Source: Candidatus Heimdallarchaeota archaeon B3_Heim
GTDB lineage: Archaea > Asgardarchaeota > Heimdallarchaeia > Hodarchaeales > Hodarchaeaceae
Length of the DNA stretch: 32,000 nt
Assembly (NCBI GenBank): GCA_003144275.1
Contig: NJBF01000022.1
Coordinates: 40,509 to 72,508 of the forward strand
Reading direction: 5' to 3'
The notes under the pieces were generated by a model. The model was not told where the DNA came from and made no database searches. It was given only the letters and a program-made list of their open reading frames with translations. Positions 28,701-32,000 of this stretch are shown in pieces. The translations under genes and the position numbers were made by a program. Position 1 is the first letter of the stretch; every line of letters starts with the position of its first letter.

Positions 28701-29819
28701 CAGGTGATGACCACATTTACGACAACAGAAGCATCCACGCGACTTCCGGTTACGTTTGTCTACATAGCCACACTGACTACATTGTTGGGAGGTATACGCC
28801 TCATTTACTCGCACTACCGTCATCCCAACAAGTTTGGCTTTATACTCGAGCATCTGAACGAATTTAAGGAGGGGGATTTGAACAAAAGACTGATTGGTGC
28901 GTTTTCCTAAGTTACAGTGCTGTTTCCACCTCGCGTTGTAACCGATAACCAATGTATCGATATTGTGCTGTAAACAGTAAGTGATAATCCTCCGGGAGGT
29001 TTGATGGAAGAAATTCTGAAGGCGGTTCATCCGCACTCGCTGAAGCCCTTGAATCCGGCGAGTGGTAAACTGTTGATTGTGAGTGGTTGCTAGCGATCGA
29101 TAATGGGCCAGTTGTTTGTTATACCACTGATTAATGGTCTTCCCCACCCCGCCTTTGACGAGTAAGCCGTCTGACGTAGTTACGAGGTTGTTAAGACCAA
29201 GATCTATTCCCATAGCTCGGGGAGAAAACGAATCAGTGATGGGAAAAGGGTGAACTTGTACTTCATAGAGTAATTCTACCACAAATCGATCGTAAAACGG
29301 CACCAATCGAGCTCCCACACATGTTTCTACAGTTAATGGAAGGGTTCCGAGTGAAAAAGTGGGAAAGCCGCGTGCCATGAGATTCTTGGCAAAAAGAATC
29401 TGGTTCTCCCGAATTCGGACCCTGCGACGGGGAAAGTTCAGCATGTGCAGCCCATTCTTGGGTTTATACCTGGGCGCTCGGGGCCGGGTCTGAAATTTGG
29501 TCGGATCGGTTTTCCATGCCTTCAGTCCATTGAAAAAGCTCCGCCAGATTTGTTCTACCTGTCGGAGGACTTGTTGCGGTAAATAACTATCCGAAATGTC
29601 CTTTAATGCGAGATACACTGGTTCGTGCTTGAGGCGATGATACAAGCTCGTGTATTGGAGCCATTTCCCCGTCTTAAAGAATTCCTGGCGTACCTCATAG
29701 GTGGCGCAATTATACAGATTTTTGGCACAGGTGCACAAATCAGTAAAAATGGGTCGCGGTTTCATCTGCCTTCGGATAGCTAACTGGGGGTGAGAGTGTT
29801 TCTTGGTACGCATTCCCAT
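28545..29819 (-). CDS. tnpB: RNA-guided endonuclease TnpB (IS200/IS605/IS1341 OrfB family)
   Basis: AKNLYNCATYEVRQ HTH, RuvC-I MGIDLGLNNL, LVIGYNARWKQ, VNEAYTSQQCSQC...CRKC zinc finger and RuvC-III LNADYNAARNI. Confidence 0.95.
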   Translation of the reverse strand: MGMRTKKHSHPQLAIRRQMKPRPIFTDLCTCAKNLYNCATYEVRQEFFKTGKWLQYTSLYHRLKHEPVYLALKDISDSYLPQQVLRQVEQIWRSFFNGLKAWKTDPTKFQTRPRAPRYKPKNGLHMLNFPRRRVRIRENQILFAKNLMARGFPTFSLGTLPLTVETCVGARLVPFYDRFVVELLYEVQVHPFPITDSFSPRAMGIDLGLNNLVTTSDGLLVKGGVGKTINQWYNKQLAHYRSLATTHNQQFTTRRIQGLQRVRMNRLQNFFHQTSRRIITYCLQHNIDTLVIGYNARWKQHCNLGKRTNQSFVQIPLLKFVQMLEYKAKLVGMTVVRVNEAYTSQQCSQCGYVDKRNRKSRGCFCCRKCGHHLNADYNAARNILQRYINRSQVIPTVSSPSAVTHLPDSGCVTHPVQNSFSRVV

Positions 29820-29931
29820 TCCAAGAAGGCTCCCTCGCTCTTATAAGCTCGAGACAGAGAGAGATCAGTGAAAATAACAAATGTGACGAAAATGAACCTT
29901 TTTTCTTCCTGGCCTACACTAATAGATACCC

Positions 29932-29947
29932 GTTGTCAGACAAATTT
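29932..29947. repeat. 16-bp inverted repeat, arm 2 (partner at 28538-28553)
   Basis: gttgtcagacaaattt; both arms contain the palindromic core TTGTCWGACAA. Confidence 0.9.
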
Positions 29948-30361
29948 GATCATGGATGTATACAAAAAAAGAAGTGTGAGGCATACAAGAATTCCTATCA
30001 CAGGTGCAAGTGTGCTCATTGGTCGGAATGTGTCGAACATCTCCTTCTCTTTTTTTAAGTATTCAAGAAAGGTTTCTGCATCAGAATTAAAATCTATACC
30101 TTTCTTTATTTTCCAAATGACCTCTTTATCTAATACAATATCTCTATTCACTTGATTCATAATATTTACCTCTAAGAGATTCAATAGGACGACAATTGGG
30201 GGATAATATTGAACAGATGTTTAGTTACGACCGAGTTAATTTATAAAAGTTATTTTGATAGGAGAAATGGTTTAAGAATAGAAAAGTCTTTATTATGTCA
30301 TTACTTCAAAATCGAATAACTGATTCTTTATTGTCTACGAGAGTTAATTACCTAAAGGGAA

Positions 30362-31297
30362 ATGCCGATGTTCTGGAAAAAAAAGGATCCAATCGAGAGA
30401 AGATTTGAGTCCATTGAGAAACAAATAACAAGTACAGCGTCAAGGTTAAGTGATCTTTCACAAAATCTTGAACAACGTATTGTCGATGCCCGTGCACAGA
30501 GTAAAAGGGAAGTTACTAGTACTCTGGACGATCTCCGAGCATCACTTGAGTCATTAAGTTTAGAACTCAACAATCAAACCCTAGATTTGTCTCAACGTGT
30601 AGAAAACTTGGATACGAATTCTAGCAATTGGTCTTATGCCATTAACGAGCAGGTAGAAGAATTTCGTAAGAAATATGTTGAAGTTCTTGAGCAATTACGT
30701 CAAACTACTGCAATTGCAGTAGAAAAGGAAAAAATAATGACAGAAAGGTACGAGGAGCTTGTAAAACAACTAAAACAAAAAGAAGCACTTGCCATTGAAA
30801 AGGAATCACTTTCACAAAGGCATATTGAGTCACTTCAAACTGAAAATCAAAGTAAGTTAGAAGAAGTGGACAAATATAAAGCCAAAATAGGTGACCTTGA
30901 AGAAGTATTGGCCTCTCGAGACAAGAAAATTGAAGAGCTAATGCAAAGGAAAGAAGAAGCAATGGAGCTTGAGCATCGCGTGAAACAACTAACTGATGAA
31001 ACAGAAATGCAGAAATATGAATTAGAGCGTGCTCAAACAAAGATTCAAACTATGTCTGATGATACACGTCAAACCTTAAGTAAGAATAAGATCATAAAAT
31101 CCTTTTTAGGTGAAACCGAATCTGGACGTGTTCTTACTCATCTTCTCAGCTTAGAACAGGTTACAATCGATGAGCTATCGTCAATGACTGGAATTGCTAC
31201 GTTTACTGTTCAACAAATTGTTCAACATTTTCGTGATGTGGGTTTAGTATCCTTTGATGAAGGAACACGAAGAGCTAAGTTATCTGAAAAATACTAA
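30362..31297 (+). CDS. Coiled-coil protein with C-terminal winged helix-turn-helix
   Basis: About 240 aa of E/K/Q/L-rich heptads, followed by [46 protein letters not shown]-like TTTATAAA at 30240-30247. Confidence 0.75.
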   Translation: MPMFWKKKDPIERRFESIEKQITSTASRLSDLSQNLEQRIVDARAQSKREVTSTLDDLRASLESLSLELNNQTLDLSQRVENLDTNSSNWSYAINEQVEEFRKKYVEVLEQLRQTTAIAVEKEKIMTERYEELVKQLKQKEALAIEKESLSQRHIESLQTENQSKLEEVDKYKAKIGDLEEVLASRDKKIEELMQRKEEAMELEHRVKQLTDETEMQKYELERAQTKIQTMSDDTRQTLSKNKIIKSFLGETESGRVLTHLLSLEQVTIDELSSMTGIATFTVQQIVQHFRDVGLVSFDEGTRRAKLSEKY

Positions 31298-31311
31298 AGC
31301 TTGATGAGAGT

Positions 31312-31857
31312 ATGGAGATTGTTATTAAAAAAACAAAACTCCGCATAATTCAAGGTGATATTACTCTCGAAGAAACTGACGCAATAGTAAACGCGGCAAA
31401 TACTACTTTACGAGGCGGGGGAGGAGTAGATGGGGCAATTCATCGTGCAGGAGGGCCGACCATCCTAGAAGAGTGTGTTACTAAATATCCACACGGATGT
31501 GAAACAGGAGAAGCTAGAACCACAAATGGTGGATTATTAAAAGCAAAATGGATAATTCACACCCCTGGGCCTATATAGCATAGAGGGAGTCAGAATGAAC
31601 CAGTATTGCTAGAAAACTCCTATCGGAACTCTTTTCTCCAAGCAGAAAGAGTAGGAGCAACTTCAATTTCTTACCCCTCAATTTCAACTGGTATTTACGG
31701 ATTTCCTATTCAAAAAGCTGCTCCAATAGCGATAGAAACAGTCTTAAGTTGTCTTCCAAGTAATAGTATTCAGGAAGTTCATTTCGTATTATTTAGCACC
31801 CCTGATTTCACAATTTATTGCCAATTTCTGGCTCAAATAGTTGAGGATCAATCTTAA
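31312..31857 (+). pseudogene. Macro domain O-acetyl-ADP-ribose deacetylase (YmdB-like) interrupted by one in-frame TAG (31576-31578)
   Basis: [46 protein letters not shown] and PSISTGIYGFP. Track ORFs 31312..31578 and 31606..31857 share a frame. Confidence 0.88.
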
Positions 31858-31937
31858 AAATGTTCCATATTAACAGTCCTAACGTAACTTCTTTTTTCTA
31901 GCAACCACTTTCTTTTGAGTAGCGGTAACTTTTTAAG

Positions 31938-31996
31938 CAGTAATTTGGGTTAAGAAGATTGGAGAAACCTTCTTATGAATCAACCCCAAATTACTG
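31938..31996. repeat. Long inverted repeat/hairpin downstream of the macro gene
   Basis: CAGTAATTTGGG (31938-31949) pairs with CCCAAATTACTG (31985-31996); inner TAAGAAG (31951-31957) pairs with CTTCTTA (31969-31975). Confidence 0.75.
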
Positions 31997-32000
31997 AACA

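Larger units (their letters stand above)
28544..29941 (-). mobile_element. Non-autonomous tnpB-only element (1398 bp) with 10-bp imperfect terminal inverted repeats and flanking AAATTT direct repeats
   Basis: Minus strand: AAATTT|GTCTGACAAC ... GTTGTCTGAC|AAATTT (direct repeats 29942-29947 and 28538-28543). Sampled lines are 48-57% GC versus about 33% in the flank. No tnpA. Alternative IS200/IS605-style boundaries are 28556..29863. Confidence 0.7.
27770..30160 (-). pseudogene. Multi-TM membrane protein gene interrupted by the tnpB element and by in-frame stops
   Basis: Fragments 30160..29942, 28537..28256 and 28255..27770 join in one frame once the insertion is removed. Stops: TGA 28520-28522 and TAG 28256-28258 (TGA 29936-29938 lies in the element end). 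GAGGT SD before ATG 30160. About 328 aa reconstructed. Confidence 0.75.

Noticed and set aside
720-30573. Short antisense or alternative-frame track ORFs (720, 1916, 3305, 5336, 6037, 6437, 8034, 9735, 9743, 10329, 11025, 11467, 12479, 13466, 17279, 17662, 19523, 21957, 22442, 24028, 24708, 26023, 28644, 29868, 30352) and 30705..31040
   Set aside because: They overlap well-supported genes, show no family motifs and have shadow-ORF composition.
1-32000. Genome-wide stop-codon reassignment (TGA=Trp or TAG=Pyl/Gln)
   Set aside because: TAG ends ctaB and the 24629 gene, TGA ends the 531-aa, ferritin-like and topA genes, and TAA ends many genes, all at family-typical C-termini. Only site-specific recoding remains possible.
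1-32000. CRISPR array, tRNA, rRNA, tnpA/integrase
   Set aside because: No regularly spaced repeats, cloverleaf-like GC-rich segments, or HUH/DDE/serine/tyrosine recombinase ORFs were seen by eye. A tRNAscan/Infernal run would be needed to exclude small RNAs.

Overview
A 32-kb, AT-rich, gene-dense window (sampled host lines about 33% GC) that reads as archaeal. It has BRE/TATA-type promoters and oligo-T terminators. A longin-like/small-GTPase fusion and a zinc-ribbon+RING solenoid protein point to an Asgard (Heimdallarchaeia-like) host; this taxonomy is inference. Most genes are housekeeping or metabolic: HxlR regulator, heme O synthase, aldo-keto reductase, metallophosphoesterase, EutA, type IA topoisomerase, cyclase-family hydrolase, ferritin-like protein, cupin, oligoendopeptidase F, acyl-CoA dehydrogenase, DUF89/HAD/LMW phosphatases, glutaredoxin + FTR catalytic subunit + RdhA/QueG-like Fe-S protein, and a PaaI thioesterase. 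Four things stand out. (1) A tnpA-less tnpB with a rearranged RuvC site lies between 10-bp terminal inverted repeats and a 6-bp direct repeat (AAATTT), which is atypical for IS200/IS605; removing it restores the frame of a membrane-protein gene. (2) A 12-TM heme-copper-oxidase-homology protein lacking the TM7 His-His pair is co-oriented with ctaB, with no subunit II in the window. (3) A 1052-aa helical protein ends in a C4 zinc ribbon + RING whose spacing resembles GATOR2/SEA-type subunits. (4) Five single in-frame stops interrupt otherwise frame-intact genes, and at least one sits at a conserved Trp. No rRNA, tRNA or CRISPR array was recognised. All family calls come from motif recognition by eye, not from database searches.
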